Assembly: GCF_046119375.1 (NCBI RefSeq)
Contig: NW_027362771.1
Coordinates: 576,042,001-576,106,000, forward strand
DNA from: Phyllobates terribilis
Taxonomy: Eukaryota
Reading direction: 5' to 3'
Length of the DNA: 64,000 nt
In this document: positions 1 to 10,124 of the stretch, piece by piece
Position numbering within the stretch: position 1 is the stretch's first letter
Layout: the number at the start of each line of letters is the position of its first letter
The notes under the pieces: model-generated
The model's database searches: none
Told to the model about the DNA's origin: nothing
What the model saw: only the letters and a program-made list of their open reading frames with translations
Translations under genes and position numbers: made by a program

Positions 1-16
1 GTTGGGGGTCGATCGC
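1..16 (-). CDS. KRI1: KRI1 coding exon 3 (5' part only; continues beyond window start)
   Basis: Acceptor tcctctcctccgtcctgcag, then GCG ATC GAC CCC CAA = AIDPQ. Aligns to human EFDPQ and is in phase with exon 2. Confidence 0.85.
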
Positions 17-623
17 CTGCAGGACGGAGGAGAGGACATATCAGTCTCCCATAGATAACGCTGGGCCGTGCGTCTGCTCGCCGACATCATGATCGTCTGC
101 TCCCAACATCTGGGGGTCGGCTGAGGACCCCCTACTGGTGACCCGCGGTGGGGATTGATCTTTGCCCCTGATGACAGCCATTTGTCGGGGGGCCGCATTA
201 CTCACCAGGTCAGCCATAAGGGCCCACGTCTTGTCCAGCCTTGACTTCTACACTGTAGGAAGTGTCTGGGAGTCAAGAAGGCGGAGTTAGTTGCTACGGA
301 CCCCTGACTAGCACTTTGGGGGTCCATTTACTGATGCAGCCTGAGCCCATTAGTGATCACATAATATAAAGGGATCAAAATAGAAGCAGAAGCAAATTAA
401 CCCACCAGTTACCATCATAGAGTAAACCATCGGCAAGTTGCCATTTATGGATCTAATAATGAAAATAAAAAACAGATCAGCCAACAGCAGCTCACCTGCT
501 TACTGATGGTTTCCATTCAAAAACGAGCAAAAAAAATAAAAAAAAGTCTATTTAAAAAAATAAGCTGGATTTTATATGACTACATAACAGTGTCATCACC
601 GCCACCCCGGGGTCCGTACCCAC

Positions 624-700
624 CAGGTCATCCTCACTGTCCGACCCGGAGCTCGAGGAGCCGCTGCCGTCCGCTTGTTTGTCCCCATACCGGTCCTTCA
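624..700 (-). CDS. KRI1: KRI1 coding exon 2
   Basis: Acceptor ttcctcctcttgcag, donor CTG|gtgggt. Encodes (L)KDRYGDKQADGSGSSSSGSDSEDDL, matching human [25 protein letters not shown]. Confidence 0.92.
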
Positions 701-867
701 CTGCAAGAGGAGGAAGAGAGAAACAATCCGGTGACTCCTCTAAGAATACAAATACCCTCAGAGGCTGAACGCTGCTCACAGCTGAGGGTTTGTTACATTG
801 TTACACACTGCTCTTATCAGGACAGGAGAGATTTCACCCTGCTCAGTGCTCTAATGGGGGGAGAGGG

Positions 868-1041
868 CAGGGGCGTAACTATAAAAGTGGTCACAATCCC
901 ACCCCAGCCCTGGAGACTGGGGGGGCACAAAGGTCATTTTGCACCATATGAAAAAGGACCATTATTATTAAAGACCCCTGACAGTTGGGGGCGCTGTTAG
1001 AGATTTTGCATTGGGGCCTACAGGCTCCACATTACGCCACT
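868..1041. mobile_element. Short MITE, Harbinger-like
   Basis: Ends AGGGGCGTAACTA ... CATTACGCCACT are imperfect inverted repeats. TSD seen on one side only (TAA). Confidence 0.45.
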
Positions 1042-1309
1042 AAGTGAGGGGGAGGGGGAAATGTGTGGGACCAGCCGGCATTGTTGTGGGGGAGAAGAAC
1101 CTGGGAGGAGCAAGCACGGTAGTGGGAGAAAAAGAGGAACAAGCTCATAGTTTTGTGGAGGGGGGGGGGGAATTGTGCTGTAATGGGGGGCAAAAAGGGA
1201 GGGGGTGACATACGGGTCTAAAGAATGTTGTTGTACCTTGGGGGGCAGCTCATTCGCTGTTGTGATGGAAATGGGGGAAGTCTAGAACCAGCTTGTGCTG
1301 TAATGTAAA

Positions 1310-4300
1310 GGGGGCACCTGAGACCAATGCACACTGTTGTGAGGAGGGGGCATCTGACACCAATGCACACTGTTGTGGGGAGGGGGCATCTGAGACCAAT
1401 GCACACTGTTGTGGGGAGGGGGCACCTGAGACCAATGCACACTGTTGTGGGGAGGGGGCACCTGAGACCAATGCACACTGTTGTGGGGGAGGGGGCACCT
1501 GAGACCAATGCACACTGTTGTGGGGGAGGGGGCACCTGAGACCAATGCACACTGTTGTGAGGAGGGGGCATCTGACACCAATGCACACTGTTGTGGGGAG
1601 GGGGCATCTGAGACCAATGCACACTGTTGTGGGGGAGGGGGCACCTGAGACCAATGCACACTGTTGTGGGGGAGGGGGCACCTGAGACCAATGCACACTG
1701 TTGTGGGAGAGGGGGCACCTGAGACCAATGCACACTGTTGTGGGGGAGGGGGCACCTGAGACCAATGCACACTGTTGTGGGGGAGGGGGCACCTGGGACC
1801 AATGCACGCTGTTGTGGGGGAGGGGGCACCTGGGACCAATGCACGCTGTTGTGGGGGAGGGGGCACCTGGGACCAATGCACGCTGTTGTGGGGGAGGGGT
1901 CACCTGGGACCAATGCACACTGTTGTGGAGAGGGGGCACCTGGGACCAATGCACACTGTCGTGGGGGAGGGGGCACCTGGGACCAATGCACGCTGTTGTG
2001 GAGAGGGGGCACCAGGGACCAATGCACACTGTTGTGGAGAGGGGGCACCTGGGACCAATGCACGCTGTTGTGGAGAGGGGGCACCTGGGACCAATGCACG
2101 CTGTTGTGGAGAGGGGGCACCTGGGACCAATGCTCACTGTTGTGGGGGGAGGGGGCACCTGGGACCAATGCTCACTGTTGTGGGGGGGGGCACCTGGGAC
2201 CAATGCACACTGTTGTGGAGAGGGGGCACCTGGGACCAATGCACGCTGTTGTGGAGAGGGGGCACCTGGGACCAATGCTCGCTGTTGTGGGGGGAGGGGG
2301 CACCTGGGACCAATGCACGCTGTTGTGGAGAGGGGGCACCTGGGACTAATGCACGCTGTTGTGGAGAGGGGGCACCTGGGACCAATGCTCACTGTTGTGG
2401 GGGGAGGGGGCACCTGGGACCAATGCTCACTGTTGTGGGGGGGGGGGCACCTGGGACCAATGCACACTGTTGTGGGGGAGGGGGCACCTGAGACCAATGC
2501 ACACTGTTGTGGGGGAGGGGGCACCTGAGACCAATGCACACTGTTGTGGGGGAGGGGGCACCTGAGACCAATGCACACTGTTGTGGGGGAGGGGGCACCT
2601 GAGACCAATGCACACTGTTGTGGGGGAGGGGGCACCTGAGACCAATGCACACTGTTGTGGGGGAGGGGGCACCTGAGACCAATGCACACTGTTGTGAGGA
2701 GGGGGCATCTGAGACCAATGCACACTGTTGTGGGGGAGGGGGCACCTGAGACCAATGCACACTGTTGTGGGGGAGGGGGCACCTGAGACCAATGCACACT
2801 GTTGTGGGGGAGGGGGCACCTGAGACCAATGCACACTGTTGTGGGGGAGGGGGCACCTGAGACCAATGCACACTGTTGTGGGGGAGGGGGCACCTGAGAC
2901 CAATGCACACTGTTGTGGGGGAGGGGGCACCTGAGACCAATGCACACTGTTGTGGGGGAGGGGGCACCTGAGACCAATGCACACTGTTGTGGGGGAGGGG
3001 GCACCTGAGACCAATGCACACTGTTGTGGGGGAGGGGGCACCTGAGACCAATGCACACTGTTGTGGGGGAGGGGTCACCTGGGACCAATGCACGCTGTTG
3101 TGGGGGAGGGGTCACCTGGGACCAATGCACGCTGTTGTGGGGGAGGGGTCACCTGGGACCAATGCACGCTGTTGTGGGGGAGGGGTCACCTGGGACCAAT
3201 GCACACTGTTGTGGAGAGGGGGCACCTGGGACCAATGCTCACTGTTGTGGGGGGAGGGGGCACCTGGGACCAATGCTCACTGTTGTGGAGAGGGGGCACC
3301 TGGGACCAATGCACACTGTCGTGGGGGAGGGGGCACCTGGGACCAATGCACGCTGTTGTGGAGAGGGGGCACCAGGGACCAATGCACGCTGTTGTGGAGA
3401 GGGGGCACCTGGGACCAATGCACACTGTTGTGGAGAGGGGGCACCTGGGACCAATGCTCACTGTTGTGGGGGGAGGGGGCACCTGGGACCAATGCTCACT
3501 GTTGTGGGGGGGGGCACCTGGGACCAATGCACACTGTTGTGGAGAGGGGGCACCTGGGACCAATGCACGCTGTTGTGGAGAGGGGGCACCTGGGACCAAT
3601 GCACGCTGTTGTGGAGAGGGGGCACCTGGGACCAATGCTCACTGTTGTGGGGGGAGGGGGCACCTGGGACCAATGCACGCTGTTGTGGAGAGGGGGCACC
3701 TGGGACCAATGCACGCTGTTGTGGGGGGAGGGGGCACCTGGGACCAATGCTCACTGTTGTGGGGGGAGGGGGCACCTGGGACCAATGCTCACTGTTGTGG
3801 GGGGGGGGGGGCACCTGGGACCAATGCACACTGTTGTGGAGAGGGGGCACCTGGGACCAATGCACGCTGTTGTGGAGAGGGGGCACCTGGGACCAATGCT
3901 CACTGTTGTGGGGGGAGGGGGCACCTGGGACCAATGCTCACTGTTGTGGGGGGAGGGGGCACCTGGGACCAATGCTCACTGTTGTGGGGGGGGGGGGGGC
4001 ACCTGGGACCAATGCACACTGTTGTGGGGGGGGGGGCACCTGGGACCAATGCACACTGTTGTGGAGAGGGGGCACCTGGGACCAATGCACGCTGTTGTGG
4101 AGAGGGGGCACCTGGGACCAATGCTCACTGTTGTGGGGGGAGGGGGCACCTGGGACCAATGCTCACTGTTGTGGGGGGAGGGGGCACCTGGGACCAATGC
4201 TCACTGTTGTGGGGGGGGGGGCACCTGGGACCAATGCTCACTGTTGTGGAGAGGGGGCACCTGGGACCAATGCTCACTGTTGTGGGGGGGGGGGCACCTG

Positions 4301-7212
4301 GGACCAATGCTCACTGTTGTGGAGAGGGGGCACCTGGGACCAATGCTCACTGTTGTGGAGAGGGGGCACCTGGGACCAATGCTCACTGTTGTGGAGAGGG
4401 GGCACCTGTGACCAATGCTCACTGTTGTGGGGGGAGGGGGCACCTGAGACCAATGCACGCTGTTGTGGGGGGAGGGGGCACCTGGGACCAATGCTCACTG
4501 TTGTGGGGGGGGGGGCACCTGAGACCAATGCACACTGTTGTGGAGAGGGGGCACCTGGGACCAATGCTCACTGTTGTGGGGGGAGGGGGCACCTGAGACC
4601 AATGCTCACTGTTGTGGAGAGGGGGCACCTGGGACCAATGCTCACTGTTGTGGAGAGGGGGCACCTGGGACCAATGCTCACTGTTGTGGAGAGGGGGCAC
4701 CTGGGACCAATGCTCACTGTTGTGGAGAGGGGGCACCTGGGACCAATGCTCACTGTTGTGGGGGGGGGGGCACCTGGGACCAATGCACACTGTTGTGGAG
4801 AGGGGGCACCTGGGACCAATGCACGCTGTTGTGGAGAGGGGGCACCTGGGACCAATGCTCACTGTTGTGGGGGGAGGGGGCACCTGGGACCAATGCTCAC
4901 TGTTGTGGGGGGAGGGGGCACCTGGGACCAATGCTCACTGTTGTGGGGGGGGGGGGCACCTGGGACCAATGCACACTGTTGTGGAGAGGGGGCACCTGGG
5001 ACCAATGCACGCTGTTGTGGAGAGGGGGCACCTGGGACCAATGCTCACTGTTGTGGGGGGAGGGGGCACCTGGGACCAATGCTCACTGTTGTGGGGGGGG
5101 GGGGCACCTGAGACCAATGCTCACTGTTGTGGAGAGGGGGCACCTGGGACCAATGCTCACTGTTGTGGAGAGGGGGCACCTGGGACCAATGCTCACTGTT
5201 GTGGGGGGAGGGGGCACCTGAGACCAATGCACGCTGTTGTGGGGGGAGGGGGCACCTGGGACCAATGCTCACTGTTGTGGGGGGGGGCACCTGGGACCAA
5301 TGCACACTGTTGTGGAGAGGGGGCACCTGGGACCAATGCTCACTGTTGTGGGGGGAGGGGGCACCTGAGACCAATGCACACTGTTGTGGGGGAGGGGGCA
5401 CCTGAGACCAATGCTCACTGTTGTGGAGAGGGGGCACCTGGGACCAATGCTCACTGTTGTGGAGAGGGGGCACCTGGGACCAATGCTCACTGTTGTGGAG
5501 AGGGGGCACCTGGGACCAATGCTCACTGTTGTGGAGAGGGGGCACCTGGGACCAATGCTCACTGTTGTGGGGGGGGGGGGGCACCTGGGACCAATGCTCA
5601 CTGTTGTGGGGGGGGGGGGGGGCACCTGGGACCAATGCTCACTGTTGTGGAGAGGGGGCACCTGGGACCAATGCACGCTGTTGTGGAGAGGGGGCACCTG
5701 GGACCAATGCTCACTGTTGTGGGGGGAGGGGGCACCTGGGACCAATGCTCACTGTTGTGGGGGGGAGGGGGCACCTGGGACCAATGCACGCTGTTGTGGA
5801 GAGGGGGCACCTGGGACCAATACACACTGTTGTGGAGAGGGGGCACCTGGGACCAATGCACACTGTTGTGGGGGGAGGGGGCACCTGAGACCAATGCACG
5901 CTGTTGTGGGGGGAGGGGGCACCTGGGACCAATGCACACTGTTGTGGAGAGGGGGCACCTGGGACCAATGCACACTGTTGTGGAGAGGGGGCACCTGAGA
6001 CCAATGCTCACTGTTGTGGAGAGGGGGCACCTGGGACCAATGCACACTGTTGTGGAGAGGGGGCACCTGAGACCAATGCACACTGTTGTGGAGAGGGGGC
6101 ACCTGGGACCAATGCACACTGTTGTGGAGAGGGGGCACCTGGGACCAATGCACGCTGTTGTGGAGAGGGGGCACCTGGGACCAATGCACGCTGTTGTGGG
6201 GGGAGGGGGCACCTGAGACCAATGCACGCTGTTGTGGGGGGAGGGGGCACCTGGGACCAATGCTCACTGTTGTGGAGAGGGGGCACCTGGGACCAATGCA
6301 CGCTGTTGTGGAGAGGGGGCACCTGGGACCAATGCACACTGTTGTGGAGAGGGGGCACCTGGGACCAATGCACGCTGTTGTGGAGAGGGGGCACCTGGGA
6401 CCAATGCACGCTGTTGTGGGGGGAGGGGGCACCTGAGACCAATGCACGCTGTTGTGGGGGGAGGGGGCACCTGGGACCAATGCTCACTGTTGTGGAGAGG
6501 GGGCACCTGGGACCAATGCACGCTGTTGTGGAGAGGGGGCACCTGGGACCAATGCTCACTGTTGTGGAGAGGGGGCACCTGGGACCAATGCACACTGTTG
6601 TGGAGAGGGGGCACCTGAGACCAATGCACACTGTTGTGGGGGAGGGGGCACCTGGGACCAATGCACACTGTTGTGGAGAGGGGGCACCTGGGACCAATGC
6701 ACGCTGTTGTGGAGAGGGGGCACCTGGGACCAATGCACACTGTTGTGGAGAGGGGGCACCTGGGACCAATGCACACTGTTGTGGAGAGGGGGCACCTGGG
6801 ACCAATGCACACTGTTGTGGGGGAGGGGGCACCTGGGACCAATGCACACTGTTGTGGAGAGGGGGCACCTGGGACCAATGCTCACTGTTGTGGAGAGGGG
6901 GCACCTGGGACCAATGCACACTGTTGTGGGGGAGGGGGCACCTGGGACCAATGCACACTGTTGTGGAGAGGGGGCACCTGGGACCAATGCACACTGTTGT
7001 GGGGGAGGGGGCACCTGGGACCAATGCACACTGTTGTGGAGAGGGGGCACCTGGGACCAATGCACACTGTTGTGGAGAGGGGGCACCTGGGACCAATGCA
7101 CGCTGTTGTGGAGAGGGGGCACCTGGGACCAATGCTCACTGTTGTGGAGAGGGGGCACCTGGGACCAATGCACACTGTTGTGGGGGGAGGGGGCACCTGG
7201 GACCAATGCACA
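1310..7212. repeat. G-rich minisatellite, 36-38 bp unit, about 160 copies, in KRI1 intron 1
   Basis: Unit GGGGGCACCTG(G/A)GACCAATGC(A/T)C(A/G)CTGTTGTGG(AGA/GGGA). It accounts for all ORFs between 1218 and 7331. Confidence 0.97.
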
Positions 7213-7326
7213 TGGGTCTGGCACCGGCTGTAGCATGTGGCTACTTGTCTCCACCACTCGCCGGTCTGGATATCTGTGATTGGCGCAGGCTGGAGAGACT
7301 CTCACGCCACAGCCCAGTGATGGAGA

Positions 7327-7427
7327 ACTAGAAGTCCCAGCATAGCTCTGAGTGATCTATAGTATTTTACATTGGAAAGTGAGAACTACAAGTCCCAGCC
7401 TCTCTATTACACGCAGGGAGTTGTAGT
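7327..7427. promoter_or_regulatory. Three ACTACAnnTCCC-type (ZNF143/THAP11) motifs near the KRI1 start
   Basis: actagaagtcccagcat at 7327, actacaagtcccagc at 7385, gggagttgtagt at 7416 (reverse orientation). Confidence 0.5.
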
Positions 7428-7534
7428 CCGGCCTCTCTATTACAGGCAGAGGGCTGTACTGTTTCCCTTTAAAGCACAGGAAAACCATTTCCGGTACGAC
7501 CTATAACACGGACCGCGGGGAGCGGGTAACTTAC

Positions 7535-7610
7535 GCCGCTGCAGCTCCTCCTTCTCCCGGTAGCGGTCATAGCGCTCAGCAAACTTGCGATTTATTTTCA
7601 GTTCGGCCAT
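7535..7610 (-). CDS. KRI1: KRI1 coding exon 1 (ribosome biogenesis factor)
   Basis: gacagcATGG start, MAELKINRKFAERYDRYREKEELQR, then donor C|gtaagt. The RYxRYRExEELQRLKDRYGD motif is the KRI1 N-terminus. Confidence 0.93.
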
Positions 7611-8206
7611 GCTGTCCGCGGCACCAGGAACCACGTTACCTTACAGGACACGCCCACTCTCTTACGTCATGCGTTCCATCGGAGACAATAACAAATCCAG
7701 GATGTCGTTTTTTGCGTTCCAAGCTATACTAGCCAATCATCTCCGAGGAAGGAGTGGCGCTATGTTAAAGGGCCAGTACACTATTTATGTTAATTCGTCC
7801 TGTTATGGTTAGGTGGAGGTCAGTACTGAAGCTTTAAGTGAATTATGTGACTGCTCTTTCACCCTTGCTCTATGAGGAGGACTTCTCACCTGTTATCCTG
7901 CTTCTTCCATGAATCCACTATATAATATTGAGGGTTTGGCTACTGCTGCACAATGGAAAAAGGATCAAGTAAATCGCAGACAAGTCACAAGCAGATTGCA
8001 TTGGCACGATTTACTTTACGGCTCTAGTCTTAAGTGACTTTTTTGTATCTAACGTGACCAATAACGGGCAATTTTTGAAAAAAAAAAAAAATTGGGAAGT
8101 GAAGTGACCATAAAGCCAGAGCCACACAAGTGAATATCACAGTCCGTATACAGAGCACAATGCCCGGTCCGGCGGGGGGTCTTCTCCAGGCATCGCAGTA
8201 CATATA

Positions 8207-9776
8207 CAGTCATGGCCAAAAGTATTGAGAATGAGACAAATAGTAATTTTTCCAAAGTTTACTGCTTCATTTTTTGTAATGGCAATTTGCATATACTCCT
8301 GAATGTCAAAGAGTGATCAGCTTAACAGCAATTACTGTACTTGCAAAGTCAATATTTGCCCAGAAAATGAACTTTAACCCCCAAAACACATTTCAACATC
8401 ATTGCAGTCCTGCCTTAAAAGGAGCAGCTAACATCGTTTTAGTGATTGATCCATTAACACAGGTGTGGGTGTTGATGAGGACAGGGCTGGCGATCAATCA
8501 GTCATGATTAAGTAAGAATGACATCACTGGACACTTTAAAAGGAGGCTGGTTCTTGGTATCATTGTTTCTCTTCAGTTAACCATGGTTATCTCTAAAGAA
8601 ACACGTGCAGCCATCATTGCACTGCACAAAAATGGCCTAACAGGGAAGAGTATCGCAGCTACAAAGATTGCACCTCAGTCAACAATCTATCGCATCATCA
8701 AGAACTTCAAGGAGAGAGCTTCCATAGTTGTCACAAAGGCTCCAGGGCGCCCAAGACAGACCAGCAAGTGCCAGGACCGTATCTTAAAACTGTTTCAGCT
8801 GCAGGATCGGACTACCAGCAGTGCCGAGCTTGCTCAGGAATGGCAGCAGGCTGGTGTGAGTGCTTCTGCACGCACTGTGAGGCGGAGACTCTTTGAGCAA
8901 GGGCTGGTTTCAAGGAGGGCAGCAAAGAAGCCACTTCTCTCCAGAAAAAACATCAGGGACCGACTGATATTCTGCAAAAGGTACAGGGAGTGGACTGCTG
9001 AGGACTGGGGCAAAGTCATTTTCTCTGATGAATCCCCTTTTCGATTGTTTGGGACATCTGGAAAACAGCTTATTCGGAGAAGAAGAGGTGAGCGCTACCA
9101 CCAGTCTTGTCTCATGCCAACTGTAAAGCATCCTGAAACCATTCATGTGTGGGGTTGCTTCTCAGCCAAGGGAATCGGCTCACTCACAGTCTTGCCTAAA
9201 AACACAGCCATGAATAAAGAATGGTACCAGAATGTCCTCCAAGAGCAACTTCTCCCAACCGTCCAAGAGCAGTTTGGCGCCCAACAATGCCTTTTCCAGC
9301 ATGATGGAGCACCTTGCCATAAAGCAAAGGTGATAACTAAATGGCTCATGGAACAAAACATAGAGATTTTGGGTCCATGGCCTGGAAACTCCCCAGATCT
9401 TAATCCCATTGAGAACTTGTGGTCAATCATCAAGAGACGGGTGGACAAACAAAAACCAACAAATTCTGGCAAAATGCAAGCATTGATTATGCAAGAATGG
9501 ACTGCTATCAGTCAGGATTTGGTCCAAAAGTTGATTGAGATCATGCCAGGGAGAATTACAGAGGTCTTGAAGAAGAAGGGGCAGCACTGCAAATATTGAC
9601 TTGCTTCATTAACTCATTCTAACTGTCAATATAACCTATTGGTACTCATAATCTGATTGCAATTATATTTCTGTATGTGATATAAACATCAGACAAACAC
9701 TAATAAAAACCAGAGGCCAGCAGATCATGTGAAAATATAATTTTGGTGTCATTCTCAAAACTTTTGGCCATGACTG
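8207..9776 (+). mobile_element. Full-length Tc1/mariner element, DD35E (Traveler-type)
   Basis: About 30 bp TIRs CAGTCATGGCCAAAAGT(A/T)TTGAGAATGA, TA at both ends, 1570 bp, single uninterrupted ORF. Confidence 0.95.
8583..9599 (+). CDS. Intact Tc1-like transposase, 338 aa, DD35E
   Basis: Paired-like HTH, GRPR linker, FSDES, QHDGAPCH and GPWPGNSPDLNPIE. 35 residues between the second D and the E (counted). Confidence 0.93.
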   Translation: MVISKETRAAIIALHKNGLTGKSIAATKIAPQSTIYRIIKNFKERASIVVTKAPGRPRQTSKCQDRILKLFQLQDRTTSSAELAQEWQQAGVSASARTVRRRLFEQGLVSRRAAKKPLLSRKNIRDRLIFCKRYREWTAEDWGKVIFSDESPFRLFGTSGKQLIRRRRGERYHQSCLMPTVKHPETIHVWGCFSAKGIGSLTVLPKNTAMNKEWYQNVLQEQLLPTVQEQFGAQQCLFQHDGAPCHKAKVITKWLMEQNIEILGPWPGNSPDLNPIENLWSIIKRRVDKQKPTNSGKMQALIMQEWTAISQDLVQKLIEIMPGRITEVLKKKGQHCKY

Positions 9777-9799
9777 TACTATGACATATGCTCCTGTGA

Positions 9800-10100
9800 A
9801 TCCGGAAACACGTCTCAACAAAATTGTGCCAAGGTTAAGAAAAGTCTGGAAAAGTAAGTGGTGCTAATGAAAAACAGCTGGAGGGTCAATTTCCAACAAA
9901 TTCACAGGACGGTGAATGAAAAGAGCAGGTTAGAGAGGCAGAGTCTCCCAGAAGCAAAGATGGTCGGAGGTCATCGATCTGTGAACTGCTGGGTCTAGAA
10001 ATTGTGGAAAAAAATCAGAAAAATGTTCCTCAGTGTAAAATTACAAAGACTTTAAATATATCACCATCTACAGGACACAACATCCTCAACATCATCAATA
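9800..10100 (+). mobile_element. Degraded 5' fragment of an older Tc1-like element
   Basis: Frameshifted reading from about 9960 gives ...ICELLGLEIVEKNQKNVPQCKITKTLNISPSTGHNILN, a paired-like HTH. Confidence 0.55.
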
Positions 10101-10124
10101 TTCTTTTCTTTGAAACCTCCTTAC

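Noticed and set aside
506-1000. 164 aa plus-strand ORF
   Set aside because: Antisense to KRI1 exon 2 and running into a MITE; no recognisable domain.
1310-7212. CRISPR-like appearance of the 36-38 bp repeats (also the 49 and 54 bp arrays)
   Set aside because: Units are head-to-tail with no unique spacers, there are no cas genes, and the context is eukaryotic.
1218-7331. Dozens of 60-695 aa Cys/Pro/Gly-rich ORFs on both strands
   Set aside because: They are translations of a stop-poor 36-38 bp minisatellite inside KRI1 intron 1; no splice or codon structure.
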